64,000 nucleotides of DNA, from the NCBI GenBank assembly GCA_036558325.1, contig DATBFU010000061.1, positions 13,604 to 77,603 on the forward strand, given 5' to 3'. The position numbers were made by a program, and so were the translations under genes. Of the stretch, positions 7,409 to 18,095 are shown piece by piece. How positions within the stretch are numbered: the first letter of the stretch is position 1; each line of letters starts with the position of its first letter. Source of the stretch: Thermoanaerobaculia bacterium. GTDB lineage: Bacteria > Acidobacteriota > Thermoanaerobaculia > UBA5066 > Gp7-AA6. The notes under the pieces were generated by a model. The model searched no databases. It saw nothing but the letters and a program-made list of their open reading frames with translations, and was not told where the DNA came from.

Positions 7409-9073
7409 TCACAACTGTCCGAGCGTCAGCTTCGTGTCCGCGTGCTTCCAGGCGGTCTCGAACTGCGCCTGCACCCATGCCGCGTCGGCCGTCTTGCCCT
7501 GCGCCTTCAGGCTCGCGGCGAGCCCGAGCAGCGAGCGCGGGTTGCGCGGATGACGGTCGAGGTCGGCGCGGAAGACCGTCTCGGCCTCGGCCGCCCGACC
7601 GTCGGCGAGAAGCGCCGCGCCGAGCGCTTCGCGCATCGGCTGTTGCCACGCGGGGGGCTCGTCGTAGCTGAGTTGGTCCTCCGCGGCCGCGGCCTTCGTC
7701 CACGCGGCGATCGCGGCCCGGCGATCCTTGCGCGTCTCCGCAATCCGCGCCTCGAGGTCGGCCTCGGCGACCGCGAGGACTCCCCGCACGGTGTTCATCG
7801 GGCCGAAGTGGCGATCTTCCGGAATCGCCTGGACCGCCGCCTCGAATTCCGCCTGGCGCTGGCTCATCGCCTTCGCGTCGCCGGTCTCGGCCGCCGCGAC
7901 CGCCCGCCCGTACAGCCAGAAGGCCCGCGTCGTGGGCAGCTCGCCGCCGGGATCCGGCATCGCGCGCAGGTCGGCCCACTTGCGGAAGCGGACCGCGACG
8001 ACGACGGGCTGGACGAGGAATCCCTCGAGCATCGGGTCGAGCGAGACGACGGGCAGGACGTCGGCGTAGAGAAGATCCGCGGCCTTCTTCGCCACCGCGT
8101 GGCGGCCCGCCATCGCCGCGGCGGCAGACTCGAAGTGGACGTTGTGGTTGTAATACATGATCGGGTAGAGACCCGACGCGCCTGTGTCGCGGATGTAGGC
8201 GCGGTCCACGTCCGCGGCCACCGCGTTCGCCTTCTCGGCCCCGAGATAGTCGCCCGTCCGCATCTGGATGTGCGCCGGCATGTGGACGAGATGCCCGGCC
8301 ATCGGCACGAGCGTCTTCAGGCGTTCGGCCGAAGGGATCGCGCGCTCGGGGTGGGGCGACGCCTCGACGGCGTGAATGTAGTAGTGATTCGCGCCCGGGT
8401 GCATCGGATCGCGCTTGAGCACCGACTCGAGCGTCGCGAGGATCTCGGACGTGCCCTCCTCCGGCGTCCCGTCCGGCCGCCAGAGCTTCCAGGGACGCAG
8501 ATTCATGCCGGACTCGGCGTAGAGGGTCGCGGCGTCGAGATCGTCCGGGTACTTCTCGGAGAGCGCCTTCATCGCGGCGTGGTAATCGCGCAGAAGCGGC
8601 TCCTTGTCGGCGGACGGATCGGCCGAATACCGCTTCGACAGCGCCTCGATGTACGCGCGCTCGTTCGCGGGGCCGGAGGCGGAGAGCGCGAGCGCTTTGT
8701 CCACTTCCGCGCGCGCCTTCTGCAGGCGCTCCGCGGGCGGCGCGGGATCGTTGTAGTTCGCGCCGTGGGCGAGAGCCATGCCCCAGTGCGGCATCGCGGC
8801 TTTCGGGTCGAGCTCCGCGGCTCGCTGAAACATCCGGATCGCTTCCTCGTGGTTGAACCCGAAGAGGAGCACGACGCCCTGATCGAAGAACCTCTGCGCC
8901 TCGGGGCTCGCCGTGGCGATCGGATGGCGATGCGAGCCGAGGCGCGCGAAGAGCGTCACAGGCTTCGACGCCGGCTCGGCCGCGGCGGCGGGCGCGCCGT
9001 GGTGATGCTGCGCCGAAAGCGCGCCGGCGGACAGGAAAACAGCGGCCGAGGTCAGGAGAAACCGTCGCTTCAT
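7409..9073 (-). CDS. secreted tetratricopeptide-repeat protein
   Basis: 554-aa ORF with signal peptide MKRRFLLTSAAVFLSAGALSAQ. Repeated TPR-like A/L/Y helices run throughout (e.g. AIRMFQRAAELDP, LAASLKAQGKTADA). Confidence 0.75.
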   Translation of the reverse strand: MKRRFLLTSAAVFLSAGALSAQHHHGAPAAAAEPASKPVTLFARLGSHRHPIATASPEAQRFFDQGVVLLFGFNHEEAIRMFQRAAELDPKAAMPHWGMALAHGANYNDPAPPAERLQKARAEVDKALALSASGPANERAYIEALSKRYSADPSADKEPLLRDYHAAMKALSEKYPDDLDAATLYAESGMNLRPWKLWRPDGTPEEGTSEILATLESVLKRDPMHPGANHYYIHAVEASPHPERAIPSAERLKTLVPMAGHLVHMPAHIQMRTGDYLGAEKANAVAADVDRAYIRDTGASGLYPIMYYNHNVHFESAAAAMAGRHAVAKKAADLLYADVLPVVSLDPMLEGFLVQPVVVAVRFRKWADLRAMPDPGGELPTTRAFWLYGRAVAAAETGDAKAMSQRQAEFEAAVQAIPEDRHFGPMNTVRGVLAVAEADLEARIAETRKDRRAAIAAWTKAAAAEDQLSYDEPPAWQQPMREALGAALLADGRAAEAETVFRADLDRHPRNPRSLLGLAASLKAQGKTADAAWVQAQFETAWKHADTKLTLGQL

Positions 9074-9146
9074 CGCGCAAAACCTCCCGGTCCGGTCGCC
9101 GGAATTCTACGTCCGAGGAGCGACGCCGGGCCGGGGCGCCGCTTGT

Positions 9147-9152
9147 TAGAAT
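9147..9152 (+). promoter_or_regulatory. candidate extended -10 box (TGtTAGAAT) for ptrB
   Basis: The sequence is cttgTTAGAATccgcctccgcGGAAGGAGaaagcATG. The box lies 24 nt upstream of the ATG at 9176, with a clear SD in between. Confidence 0.35.
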
Positions 9153-9175
9153 CCGCCTCCGCGGAAGGAGAAAGC

Positions 9176-11296
9176 ATGAAGCGAACGACGCCGCTCGCGG
9201 TCGGACTGGCGGCCACACTCTGGGCCCTCTCTCCGGCGGGGAGCGCCGCCCCCGCTTCGGATCCCCCCATGGCGAAGAAAGAGACGAAGACCACCGAAAT
9301 TCACGGCGAGACCCTGAAGGACGACTACTTCTGGCTGCGCGAGAAGTCGAACCCGGAGGTGCGCAAGTACCTCGAGGCGGAGAACGCCTACGCCGACGAG
9401 TTCATGAAGAGCACCGAAGGCTTCCAGAAGAAGCTCTACGACGAGATGCTCGCGCGCATCAAGGAGACCGACCTCTCGGTCCCGTACCGGTCGAACGGCT
9501 ACTTCTATTACACGCGGACGGAGAAGGGAAAGCAGTACAACATCTACTGCCGGAAGAAGGGCTCGCTCGACGCGGCGGAGGAAGTGCTCCTCGACCTCAA
9601 CGCGATGGCGGCCGGCGAGCGGTTCATGGCGGTCGGCGACTGGGACGTCTCCGACGACAACACGACCCTCGCCTACACGACGGACAACACGGGCTTTCGC
9701 GACTACACCCTCCACGTCAAGGACCTGACGACCGGAAAGATTCTTCCCGAGGCCGTCGAGAAGGTGTCGACCGTCGCGTTTGCCGCGGACAACAAGACGC
9801 TCTTCTACTGCAAGGACGACGGCGCCAAGCGACCGTACCGGCTCTACCGCCACGCGATGGGCTCGCCGACCTCCTCCGACGCGCTCCTCTACGAGGAGAA
9901 GGACGAGATGTTCCGGACCTACCTGCGGCGCTCGCGGGACCGCAAGCTCCTGCTCCTCGCCTCGAGCTCGCACACGGCCGACGAGTGGCGGACGCTCCCG
10001 GCGTCGCAGCCCGCGGGCGAGTGGAAGATGGTCGTGCCGCGCGAGAAGGAGTTCGAGTACGACGTCGAGCCGTGGGGCGACACGCTCTATATCCGCACGA
10101 ACAGCGGCGGATGCCGCAATTTCCGGGTTGTGAAGACGACGCTCGCGGATCCTCGCCGCGAGAATTGGAAGGAGGTCGTGCCGTGCCGCGAGAGCGTCAT
10201 GGTCTCCGGCGTCGATCTCTTCCGCGATTTCATGCTGCTCTCGGAACGCGAGGACGGGCTTCCGCAGATCCGCATCACCATGCTCTCTTCGGGGGAGTCG
10301 CATCGCATCCAGTTCCCGGAGGCCGTTTACGCCGCGTTCCAGAACAACAACTTCGAGTTCGACACGAAGACCGTCCGCTACAACTACCAGTCGCTCACGA
10401 CGCCGAATTCCGTCTACGACTACGACCTCGCCTCGCGAAAGAGCACGCTCTTGAAGCGCACCGAGGTCCTCGGCGGCTACGACCCGAACAGCTACAAGGC
10501 CGAGCGGCGCTACGCGACGGCCTCCGACGGCACGAAGATTCCGATGTCGGTCGTTTACCGCAAGGGGGCGATCGACAAGGGTCCGGCGCCGACGCTCCTC
10601 TATGGCTACGGATCCTACGGCTCGACCAACTGGGCCACCTTCAACTCGAACCGCGTGAGTCTCCTCGACCGCGGCATGGTGTACGTCATCGGGCACATCC
10701 GCGGCGGCGGCGAGCTCGGGAAGAAATGGCACGACCAGGGAAAGATGATGTCGAAGAAGAACACCTTCACCGACTTCATCGCGTGCGCCGAAGCGCTGAT
10801 CGCCGACAAGTACACGACGAAGGACAAGCTGGTCATCGAAGGCGGGAGCGCCGGCGGCCTCCTCATGGGTGCCGTCGTGAACATGCGGCCGGACCTCTTC
10901 CACGCGGTCGTCAATCATGTGCCGTTCGTGGACGTCATCAACACGATGCTCGACGAATCGCTGCCGCTGACGGTCGGCGAGTTCGAGGAGTGGGGCAACC
11001 CCAAGATCCCCGAGCAGTACGCCTACATGAAGACCTACAGCCCTTACGACAACGTGACGGCGAAGGACTATCCGCCGATGCTCGTGAAGACGTCCTTCGA
11101 CGACAGCCAGGTCATGTACTGGGAGCCGGCCAAGTACGTCGCGAAGCTGCGGGCGACGAAGACCGACAAGAACCCGCTGATCTTCAAGATCAACATGGCG
11201 GGCGGCCACGGCGGATCGTCGGGACGCTACGACCGCCTGAAGGAAGCGGCCTTCGACGATGCGTTCATCCTGAAGATGGTCGGGATCGACTCCTAG
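9176..11296 (+). CDS. ptrB: oligopeptidase B / protease II (S9A prolyl oligopeptidase family), with signal peptide
   Basis: The start is the ATG at 9176 after GGAAGGAG. The N-terminal block is DDYFWLREKSNPEVRKYLEAENAY. The catalytic-domain blocks are GGSAGGLLMG (Ser), FDDSQV and GGHGG. The upstream part of the 7163..11296 track ORF overlaps the TPR gene and is rejected. Confidence 0.9.
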   Translation: MKRTTPLAVGLAATLWALSPAGSAAPASDPPMAKKETKTTEIHGETLKDDYFWLREKSNPEVRKYLEAENAYADEFMKSTEGFQKKLYDEMLARIKETDLSVPYRSNGYFYYTRTEKGKQYNIYCRKKGSLDAAEEVLLDLNAMAAGERFMAVGDWDVSDDNTTLAYTTDNTGFRDYTLHVKDLTTGKILPEAVEKVSTVAFAADNKTLFYCKDDGAKRPYRLYRHAMGSPTSSDALLYEEKDEMFRTYLRRSRDRKLLLLASSSHTADEWRTLPASQPAGEWKMVVPREKEFEYDVEPWGDTLYIRTNSGGCRNFRVVKTTLADPRRENWKEVVPCRESVMVSGVDLFRDFMLLSEREDGLPQIRITMLSSGESHRIQFPEAVYAAFQNNNFEFDTKTVRYNYQSLTTPNSVYDYDLASRKSTLLKRTEVLGGYDPNSYKAERRYATASDGTKIPMSVVYRKGAIDKGPAPTLLYGYGSYGSTNWATFNSNRVSLLDRGMVYVIGHIRGGGELGKKWHDQGKMMSKKNTFTDFIACAEALIADKYTTKDKLVIEGGSAGGLLMGAVVNMRPDLFHAVVNHVPFVDVINTMLDESLPLTVGEFEEWGNPKIPEQYAYMKTYSPYDNVTAKDYPPMLVKTSFDDSQVMYWEPAKYVAKLRATKTDKNPLIFKINMAGGHGGSSGRYDRLKEAAFDDAFILKMVGIDS

Positions 11297-11306
11297 CGGG
11301 AGGCTC

Positions 11307-12416
11307 ATGACTCGCGGCCCCGCGCTTCGCGCGATCGTCCTCGCCGCGTCGGTCCTGGCGGCGGCGGGAGCGGCCGGGGGCGAGAAGGCGCTCCCGCTCG
11401 AGAAGATCAAGCTCCCGCCGGGCTTCCACATCGCGGTCTATTCGCGCGTCCCCGACGCGCGCTCGATGGCGCTCGCGCCGGGAGGCACGCTCTTCGTCGG
11501 GACGCGCGAGCACGAGGTGTACGCCGTGCGTCGCGGAACGCCCGAGCGCGGCGGCGAGGTCGTGACGCTTCTCAAGGGCCTCGACACGCCCAACGGCGTC
11601 GCCGTGCGCGGCGGCGCCCTCTACGTCGCCGAGATCTCGCGGATCCTCCGCTACGACGCGATCGAGTCGCACCTCGGAGATCCGGGCAAGCCCGCCGTCG
11701 TCCGGGCCGATTTCCCCAGGGACAAACACCACGGCTGGAAGTTCATCGCGTTCGGTCCCGACGGCTGGCTGTACGTGCCCGTGGGCGCGCCGTGCAACAT
11801 CTGCGAGTCGAAGGATCCCGTGTACGCGGCGATCCATCGCCTGAAGCCGGACGGCTCGGCGCGCGAGCTCTACGCCTCGGGCGTCCGCAACACGGTCGGC
11901 TTCGACTGGAGCCCCGAGACGCAGGCGCTCTGGTTCACCGACAACGGCCGCGACTGGCTGGGCGACGACCGTCCGCCCGACGAGCTCGACACCGCGCCGC
12001 GCGCCGGCCTCCACTTCGGCTACCCCTACTGCCACGGCGGCGACATCCCGGACCCCGAGTACGGATCGAAGCATCCCTGCAGCGACTTCACGCCGCCGGC
12101 CATCAGGCTCGGCCCCCACGTCGCCGGGCTCGGCATGCGCTTCTACACCGGCGCGATGTTCCCGCCCGAGTACAAGAACCAGATCTTCATCGCGGAGCAC
12201 GGGTCCTGGAACCGGCGCACGAAGATCGGATATCGCGTCTCGCTCGTGCGGCTCGAAGGCGGCCGCGCGGTGCGCTACGAGACCTTCGCGGAGGGCTGGC
12301 TCTCCGGAAGCTCGGTCTGGGGCCGCCCCGTGGACGTGCTCGTGATGCCGGACGGCGCGCTCCTCGTCTCCGACGACGACGCGGGAGCCATCTACCGGAT
12401 CAGCTATTCCCGGTGA
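11307..12416 (+). CDS. PQQ-dependent sugar (glucose/sorbosone) dehydrogenase family protein, exported
   Basis: 369 aa with a signal peptide. Beta-propeller blocks typical of the family are present: LPPGFHIAVY, RNTVGFDWSPETQALWFTDNGRD, PDELD, HFGYPYCHG. Confidence 0.8.
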   Translation: MTRGPALRAIVLAASVLAAAGAAGGEKALPLEKIKLPPGFHIAVYSRVPDARSMALAPGGTLFVGTREHEVYAVRRGTPERGGEVVTLLKGLDTPNGVAVRGGALYVAEISRILRYDAIESHLGDPGKPAVVRADFPRDKHHGWKFIAFGPDGWLYVPVGAPCNICESKDPVYAAIHRLKPDGSARELYASGVRNTVGFDWSPETQALWFTDNGRDWLGDDRPPDELDTAPRAGLHFGYPYCHGGDIPDPEYGSKHPCSDFTPPAIRLGPHVAGLGMRFYTGAMFPPEYKNQIFIAEHGSWNRRTKIGYRVSLVRLEGGRAVRYETFAEGWLSGSSVWGRPVDVLVMPDGALLVSDDDAGAIYRISYSR

Positions 12417-12540
12417 AACCCCGCCGCGCGGCGGCGGAGGACGGAATCGGCGCGCTCTCCCGCGCGTTGTAACTCGAGTTTTCGGGGCTCGCGGCCGGCG
12501 CCAGCGTATCCGGACCGCCTCGCCTCGCCGGAGGATTCCG

Positions 12541-15348
12541 ATGAGTAACAGGGTCAGACCCGCGCGATCGACGTTCTTCGCCTTCGCGGCGATCGGCCTG
12601 GCGTTCGCAGGGCTTCTCGCCGCCGAGCCGGTCGAGCCGGCGCCGAAATCTGGCGCGGCCGCCCCGAAGCAAGCCGCGCCGTCCGCCCCCGTCCGCGTCA
12701 CCTCGGTCGAAGGCATCACGGAGTACACGCTCGGCAACGGCCTGCATGTCCTCCTCTTCCCCGACCCGACGAAGGCGACCGTGACGGTCAACATCACCTA
12801 CCTCGTCGGCTCGCGCAACGAGAACTACGGCGAGACGGGCATGGCGCACCTGCTCGAGCACCTGATGTTCAAGGGCACGCCGAAGCATCCGAACATCCCC
12901 CAGGATCTCGCGTCCCACGGCGGCCGCGCCAACGGCACGACCTGGTACGACCGCACGAACTACTACGAGACGTTCCCCGCGAGCGACGAGAACCTGAACT
13001 GGGCGCTCGAGCTCGAAGCGGACCGCATGGTCCACTCGTTCATCGCGAAGAAGGACCTCGACAGCGAGATGACCGTCGTTCGCAACGAGCTCGAGGAGGG
13101 CGAGAACGATCCCGAGGCCGTCCTCTCCCAGCGCGTGCTCTCGACCGCGTATCTCTGGCACAACTACGGCAAGGACACGATCGGCGATCGCGCGGACCTC
13201 GAGAACGTTCCGATCGGCCGGCTGCAGGCGTTCTGGCGGAACTCCTACCAGCCGGACAACGCGTACCTCCTCGTCGCCGGCCGCTTCGACGAGGAGAGAA
13301 CCCTCGCCCGGATCAACAGGATCTTCGGCGCGATTCCAAGGCCGGCGCGAGTGATCCAGAAGACGTACACCGCTGAGCCGACGCAGGACGGCGAGCGGTC
13401 GGTGACGCTGCGGCGGGTCGGCGAGGTTCAGGCGCTCGCGGTCGCGTACCACGTGCCTTCCGGCCCGCATCCGGACTCCGCGGCGGTGGATCTCCTCGGC
13501 GAGATTCTCTCGGACACGCCGTCGGGGCGCCTCTACAGGGCGCTCGTCGAGACGAAGAAGGCGACGTCGGTGGGCGACTTCTTTCTCTTCCTGCACGATC
13601 CGGGGTTTCTGATGTTCCAGGCGCAGGTGCCCAAGGACGCCTCGCTCGACGACGCCGAGAAGACGATGCTCGCGACGATCGACGCGGTCGCGACGACGCC
13701 CATCACGAAGGAGGAGGTGGACCGCGCGCGCACGCAGATGCTGAAGAACATCGACCTGACGCTCAACTCGGCGGACCGCGTGGGTCTCGAGCTCTCGGAG
13801 TGGATCGGCGCCGGCGACTGGCGCCTCTTCTTCCTGAATCGCGACCGCGTCAAGAAGCTGACGGCCGAGGACGTGCAGCGCGTGGCGCTCGCCTACCTCA
13901 AGCCGTCCAATCGCACCGTCGGCCTCTTCATACCGACCGCGCAGCCCGACCGCTCCGACGTCCCCGCCTCGCCGGACGTGGCGGCGATCCTCAAGGACTA
14001 CAAGGGCGAGGCGGCCGTGGCGCAGGGCGAAGCCTTCGACCCGTCGCCGGCGAACATCGAGTCGCGCACGACGCGCACGAAGCTCGAGGACGGGCTACCG
14101 GTGGCGCTGCTCCCCAAGAAGACGCGAGGCGCGACCGTCGTCGCGACCATGACGCTGCGCTTCGGCGACGAGAAGAGTCTCGTCGGCAAGTCCGCCGCCG
14201 CCGACCTCGCCGCGGACATGCTGCTCCGCGGCACGACGAAGCACACGCGCCAGCAGCTGAAGGACGAGTTCGACCGCCTGAAAGCCCGCGTCGGGATCTC
14301 GGGAGGGCCGACGCAGGTCGCGGTCTCGCTCGAGACGATCCGCGAGAATCTGCCGGCGGTGCTGACGCTCGTGGCCGAAGTGCTGCGCCAGCCCGCCTGG
14401 CCCGCCGACGAGTTCGCGCAGCTCAAACAGGAGAACGTCACGGCCATCGAGCAGCAGAAGACCGAGCCCGACTCCGTCGCCTCGACGGCCTTCAACCGCC
14501 ACCTGAACCCGTATCCCAAAGGCGACGTGCGCTACGTCGAGACGCCGGACGAGTCGCTCGCGAGCTATAAGGACGCGTCTCTCGACGACGCGAGGAAGTT
14601 CTACGCCGATTACTACGGCGCTTCGGTCGGAGAGCTCGCGATCGTCGGCGATTTCGACGCGAAGGAGACGCTCGCGCTCGCCAACAAGCTCCTCGCAGAC
14701 TGGAAGAGCCCGCGGAGCTTCGAGCGCGTGCCGCGGCCGTATCGCGAGATCGCGGCGGACCACAAGTCGCTCGAGACGCCCGACAAAGCGAATGCGTTCT
14801 TCATGGCGGGCGAGAACCTGGAGATCCGCGACGACGATCCGGACTACCCGGCGCTCGTGCTCGGCAACTACATGCTCGGCGGCGGCTTCCTGAACTCGCG
14901 CCTCGCGACGAGGATCCGACAGAAGGAAGGCCTCTCCTACGGCGTCGGCTCTCAGTTCGCGGCCTCTCCGCTCGACAGATCGGGCAGCCTCGTCGCCTAC
15001 GCGATCTACGCGCCGCAGAACGCGGCGAAGCTCGAGACCGCCTTCCACGAGGAGGTCGATCGCGTTCTGAAGGACGGCTTCACGGCCTCCGAGGTCGCCG
15101 AGGCGAAGAAGGGCCTTCTGCAGTCGCGCCAGGTCAGCCGCGCACAGGACGGCGCGCTCGCGCGCACGCTCGCTCTCGATCTCTATCTCGGGCGCACGCT
15201 CGCGTGGGACGCCGAGATCGAGAAGAAGCTGGCGGCTTTGACGCCGGAGGAGATCGGCGCGGCGATGCGAAAGCGGATCGACCCGTCCCGATTCACGGTC
15301 GTGAAGGCGGGAGACTTCCAGAAGGCTGCCGAAGCCGCCGGCAAGTAG
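12541..15348 (+). CDS. M16 (pitrilysin/insulinase) family zinc peptidase, double-module, exported
   Basis: 935 aa with a signal peptide. The inverted zinc motif HxxEH (HLLEHLMFKGT) is present with a downstream E (NAYT-like block). A second M16-like half follows. Confidence 0.9.
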   Translation: MSNRVRPARSTFFAFAAIGLAFAGLLAAEPVEPAPKSGAAAPKQAAPSAPVRVTSVEGITEYTLGNGLHVLLFPDPTKATVTVNITYLVGSRNENYGETGMAHLLEHLMFKGTPKHPNIPQDLASHGGRANGTTWYDRTNYYETFPASDENLNWALELEADRMVHSFIAKKDLDSEMTVVRNELEEGENDPEAVLSQRVLSTAYLWHNYGKDTIGDRADLENVPIGRLQAFWRNSYQPDNAYLLVAGRFDEERTLARINRIFGAIPRPARVIQKTYTAEPTQDGERSVTLRRVGEVQALAVAYHVPSGPHPDSAAVDLLGEILSDTPSGRLYRALVETKKATSVGDFFLFLHDPGFLMFQAQVPKDASLDDAEKTMLATIDAVATTPITKEEVDRARTQMLKNIDLTLNSADRVGLELSEWIGAGDWRLFFLNRDRVKKLTAEDVQRVALAYLKPSNRTVGLFIPTAQPDRSDVPASPDVAAILKDYKGEAAVAQGEAFDPSPANIESRTTRTKLEDGLPVALLPKKTRGATVVATMTLRFGDEKSLVGKSAAADLAADMLLRGTTKHTRQQLKDEFDRLKARVGISGGPTQVAVSLETIRENLPAVLTLVAEVLRQPAWPADEFAQLKQENVTAIEQQKTEPDSVASTAFNRHLNPYPKGDVRYVETPDESLASYKDASLDDARKFYADYYGASVGELAIVGDFDAKETLALANKLLADWKSPRSFERVPRPYREIAADHKSLETPDKANAFFMAGENLEIRDDDPDYPALVLGNYMLGGGFLNSRLATRIRQKEGLSYGVGSQFAASPLDRSGSLVAYAIYAPQNAAKLETAFHEEVDRVLKDGFTASEVAEAKKGLLQSRQVSRAQDGALARTLALDLYLGRTLAWDAEIEKKLAALTPEEIGAAMRKRIDPSRFTVVKAGDFQKAAEAAGK

Positions 15349-15356
15349 CGTCGCCT

Positions 15357-15932
15357 TCAGGGCGCCGGGCAGGGCGCGCCGGCCGCGACCCAGGTCTCGA
15401 ACTTCGCGACGAACTCGTCGTGGGGAACCGGAACGGGGGCGCGCCCGACGCCGGGGCTCCATCCCCACAGGACGAGCCGGTCGTCGCGGACGTGGCGAAC
15501 GAGGGCTTCGAGATCCTTGCCGCCGTTCTCGTTCGGGTCCTTCAGGCGCCGGCACAGATCGCCCCTGCCGAGGCCGATGAAGACCATCTTCCGGTCGGGT
15601 GGAGGCAGGTGCCAGTTCGGCGCGCCGGGAGGCATATGCGGTCCCCAGCTCGCCGGCGGGTTGGCCGTGCCGTGGCAGGTTCCGCAGACGAGGCCCGCGG
15701 ATCCGGTCCCGTCCGGGCCGCGGCGCACTTCCTGAGCGTGCTCGCGCCCGTCGTCGAACTGGAGGGGGGCGTCTCCCGGAATATGGCAGTTCTGGCAGCG
15801 CGGATTCTGGAGCACGGCCCGCACGGTTTCGAACGCCGCGATTCCCTCCGAATCCGAAGGCCGGCCCGGCGCGAGCGCGAGGGAGAAGGCGGCGACCGCC
15901 AGGGCGAGGAGCGGATAACGAATCTTGGTCAT
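15357..15932 (-). CDS. dihaem c-type cytochrome, probable electron acceptor subunit of the adjacent Moco oxidoreductase
   Basis: 191 aa with a signal peptide and two CxxCH motifs (CQNCH, CGTCH). It starts 12 nt downstream of the Moco subunit stop on the same strand. Confidence 0.75.
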   Translation of the reverse strand: MTKIRYPLLALAVAAFSLALAPGRPSDSEGIAAFETVRAVLQNPRCQNCHIPGDAPLQFDDGREHAQEVRRGPDGTGSAGLVCGTCHGTANPPASWGPHMPPGAPNWHLPPPDRKMVFIGLGRGDLCRRLKDPNENGGKDLEALVRHVRDDRLVLWGWSPGVGRAPVPVPHDEFVAKFETWVAAGAPCPAP

Positions 15933-15944
15933 GGCGTCGTCCTC

Positions 15945-18095
15945 TCAGGCGAGCTCGAACGGAAGGCGGCGCAGCCGCTTTCCCGTCGCGGCAAAGACGG
16001 CATTGCCGACCGCGGGCGCGATCGGCGGCACGCCGGGCTCGCCGGCGCCGCCCGACTTCTCCGCGCTCGGAACGATGTGCACCTCGACGGACGGCGCCTC
16101 GCGCATGCGCACCATCGGATAGTCGTGGAAGTTCGACTGCTCGAGCCGCCCGTTCCGGAACGTCAGCTCTCCGTGGAGCGCCGCGGTCAGACCGAAGACG
16201 ATGCCGCCTTCCATCTGCGCCGCCACTCCGGCCGGATTGATGCAGACGCCGCAGTCGACGGCGCAAACGACGCGATGCACGCGGATCCGATCGCGATCGA
16301 CCGATACTTCCGCGACCTGCGCCACGTAGCTGCCGAACGACTCGTGCACGGCGATCCCGCGGAAGCGGCCCGCGGAAAGCGGACGATCCCAGCCCGCCTT
16401 CTCGGCCGCGAGGTTCAGAACGCCCAGATGCCGGGGATGGTCCTTGAGCAGATGCCGCCGGAACTCCACCGGATCCTGCCCGGCGGACTTCGCGAGCTCG
16501 TCGATGAAGCTCTCCATGACGAAGGCCGAGGAGGTGTGGCCGACCGAGCGCCACCAGAGCACCGTGATCGGCGTCTTCGGCGAATGGAGACCGACGCGAT
16601 GGTTCGGAGTTCCCAGGACGTAGGGCGAGTCCGCAACGCCCTCGACCGACGTGCCGTCGATGCCGTTCTTCACCAGCATCGGAGCAAAGAACGTCCCCTC
16701 CAGAATGGACTGTCCGACGATCTCCTGTTGCCACGCGAGGGGCGAGCCCGCGGCGTCCACGCCCACCTTGAGGCGATTCCGCCACATGGGGCGGTAGTAG
16801 CCGCCGCGCATGTCGTCCTCCCGCGTCCAGACAACCTTCACGGGAGCGGCGGCTGCCTTCGCCACGTGAACCGCCTCGGCCACGACCTGGCTCGTCGGCG
16901 TGGCGCGCCGCCCGAAGCCTCCGCCGAGGAAGGTCGTGTGGATCTCGACCTGCTCGGGCTTCAGGCCGGCGATCTCGGCCGCGATCCTCTGGTCCATCGT
17001 CTGGAACTGCGTGCCGGTCCAGATCTCGCACTTGCCGTCCGAGAGCCGCACCGTGCAGTTCTGCGGCTCCATCGTCGCGTGCGCGAGATAGGGGACTTCG
17101 TATTCGGCCTCGATCGTCTTCGCCGCGGACCGAAAGCCCGCTTCGAGGTCGCCGCCCGCGGCGGCCTGCGCGCCCGGGGTCTTCGCGAGCTCGCGGTACT
17201 CCGCGCGCATCCGGTCGGTCGAGAGATCGCGCCCCGGCCCGAGATCCCACTCGATCACGAGCGCGTCGCGGCCGAGCTTCGCCGCATAGAAGCGGTCGGC
17301 GACGACCGCCACGCCCGACGGCACCTGCACGACCGCCCGGACTCCCGCAACCGCCTTTGCCTTGTCCGCCTGGAAGCTCTTGACGGTCGCGCCGAAGACG
17401 GGTGCGCGCGCGACGAGCGCCGTCAGCATGCCGGGCAGCCGCACGTCGAGCCCGAACCCGGCGCGGCCCGCGGCCTTGTCCGCGGCGTCGAGGCGGCGCG
17501 TGGGCTTGCCGAGGATCTTCCACTCCTTCGCGTCCTTGAGCTTCACGGCCGCCGGCGGCTTGCGCTTCTGCGCCGAGGCCGCGAGCTGCCCGAAGGACGC
17601 CTTCTTGTCGCCGGACGTGACGAACCCGTTCTCCGCGCGGCACGCCGCGGCGTCGACCTTCCATTGCTCCGCCGCGGCGGCCACGAGCATCTCGCGCGCG
17701 ATCGCTCCGACCTGACGGTAACGGTCGTACTCCGACGAGGTCGACGTAGAGCCGCCCGTCATCTGCATCCCGAATCCCGTGTGAGCGTACGCCGGCGCCG
17801 CCGGCGCGTGCTCGACGCGAATCTTCGACCAGTCGCATCCGAGCTCCTCGGCGACCAGCATCGGCAGCGTCGTCCAGACTCCCTGTCCCATCTCGGAATG
17901 GGCGAGCAGCACCGTCACGCTCTCGTCCGAGCCGATGCGCAGGAAGGCGTTCGGATCGGGCATCGGCTTCGCGGCGCCGGCGGCCGTCTGCGCCCGGAGC
18001 ACGGAGCGCGGCACGACCGTGAACCCGATGACGAGCCCCGCGGACGTCTTGAGAAACGTCCGGCGATCGAGCCGGTCTCTTTCCCGCGCGCTCAT
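15945..18095 (-). CDS. xanthine dehydrogenase/aldehyde oxidase family molybdopterin-binding subunit (IorB-like), Tat-exported
   Basis: The ATG at 18095 overlaps the small-subunit stop (ATGA). The twin-arginine leader is [20 protein letters not shown]. The length and blocks ([15 protein letters not shown]) fit the family. Confidence 0.9.
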   Translation of the reverse strand: MSARERDRLDRRTFLKTSAGLVIGFTVVPRSVLRAQTAAGAAKPMPDPNAFLRIGSDESVTVLLAHSEMGQGVWTTLPMLVAEELGCDWSKIRVEHAPAAPAYAHTGFGMQMTGGSTSTSSEYDRYRQVGAIAREMLVAAAAEQWKVDAAACRAENGFVTSGDKKASFGQLAASAQKRKPPAAVKLKDAKEWKILGKPTRRLDAADKAAGRAGFGLDVRLPGMLTALVARAPVFGATVKSFQADKAKAVAGVRAVVQVPSGVAVVADRFYAAKLGRDALVIEWDLGPGRDLSTDRMRAEYRELAKTPGAQAAAGGDLEAGFRSAAKTIEAEYEVPYLAHATMEPQNCTVRLSDGKCEIWTGTQFQTMDQRIAAEIAGLKPEQVEIHTTFLGGGFGRRATPTSQVVAEAVHVAKAAAAPVKVVWTREDDMRGGYYRPMWRNRLKVGVDAAGSPLAWQQEIVGQSILEGTFFAPMLVKNGIDGTSVEGVADSPYVLGTPNHRVGLHSPKTPITVLWWRSVGHTSSAFVMESFIDELAKSAGQDPVEFRRHLLKDHPRHLGVLNLAAEKAGWDRPLSAGRFRGIAVHESFGSYVAQVAEVSVDRDRIRVHRVVCAVDCGVCINPAGVAAQMEGGIVFGLTAALHGELTFRNGRLEQSNFHDYPMVRMREAPSVEVHIVPSAEKSGGAGEPGVPPIAPAVGNAVFAATGKRLRRLPFELA

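Noticed and set aside
7163-9175. N-terminal 670 codons of the 7163..11296 track ORF (extension of ptrB)
   Set aside because: The extension overlaps the TPR and DUF1326 genes on the other strand. The real protein starts at the ATG at 9176, which has an SD, a signal peptide and the conserved PtrB N-terminus.
12417-12540. Possible small RNA or riboswitch in the intergenic regions 12417-12540, 21321-21491 and 42268-42372
   Set aside because: I could not recognise any conserved riboswitch core by eye. These regions are short and are adequately explained as promoter or 5' UTR sequence. A covariance-model scan (Rfam/Infernal) would be needed to say more.
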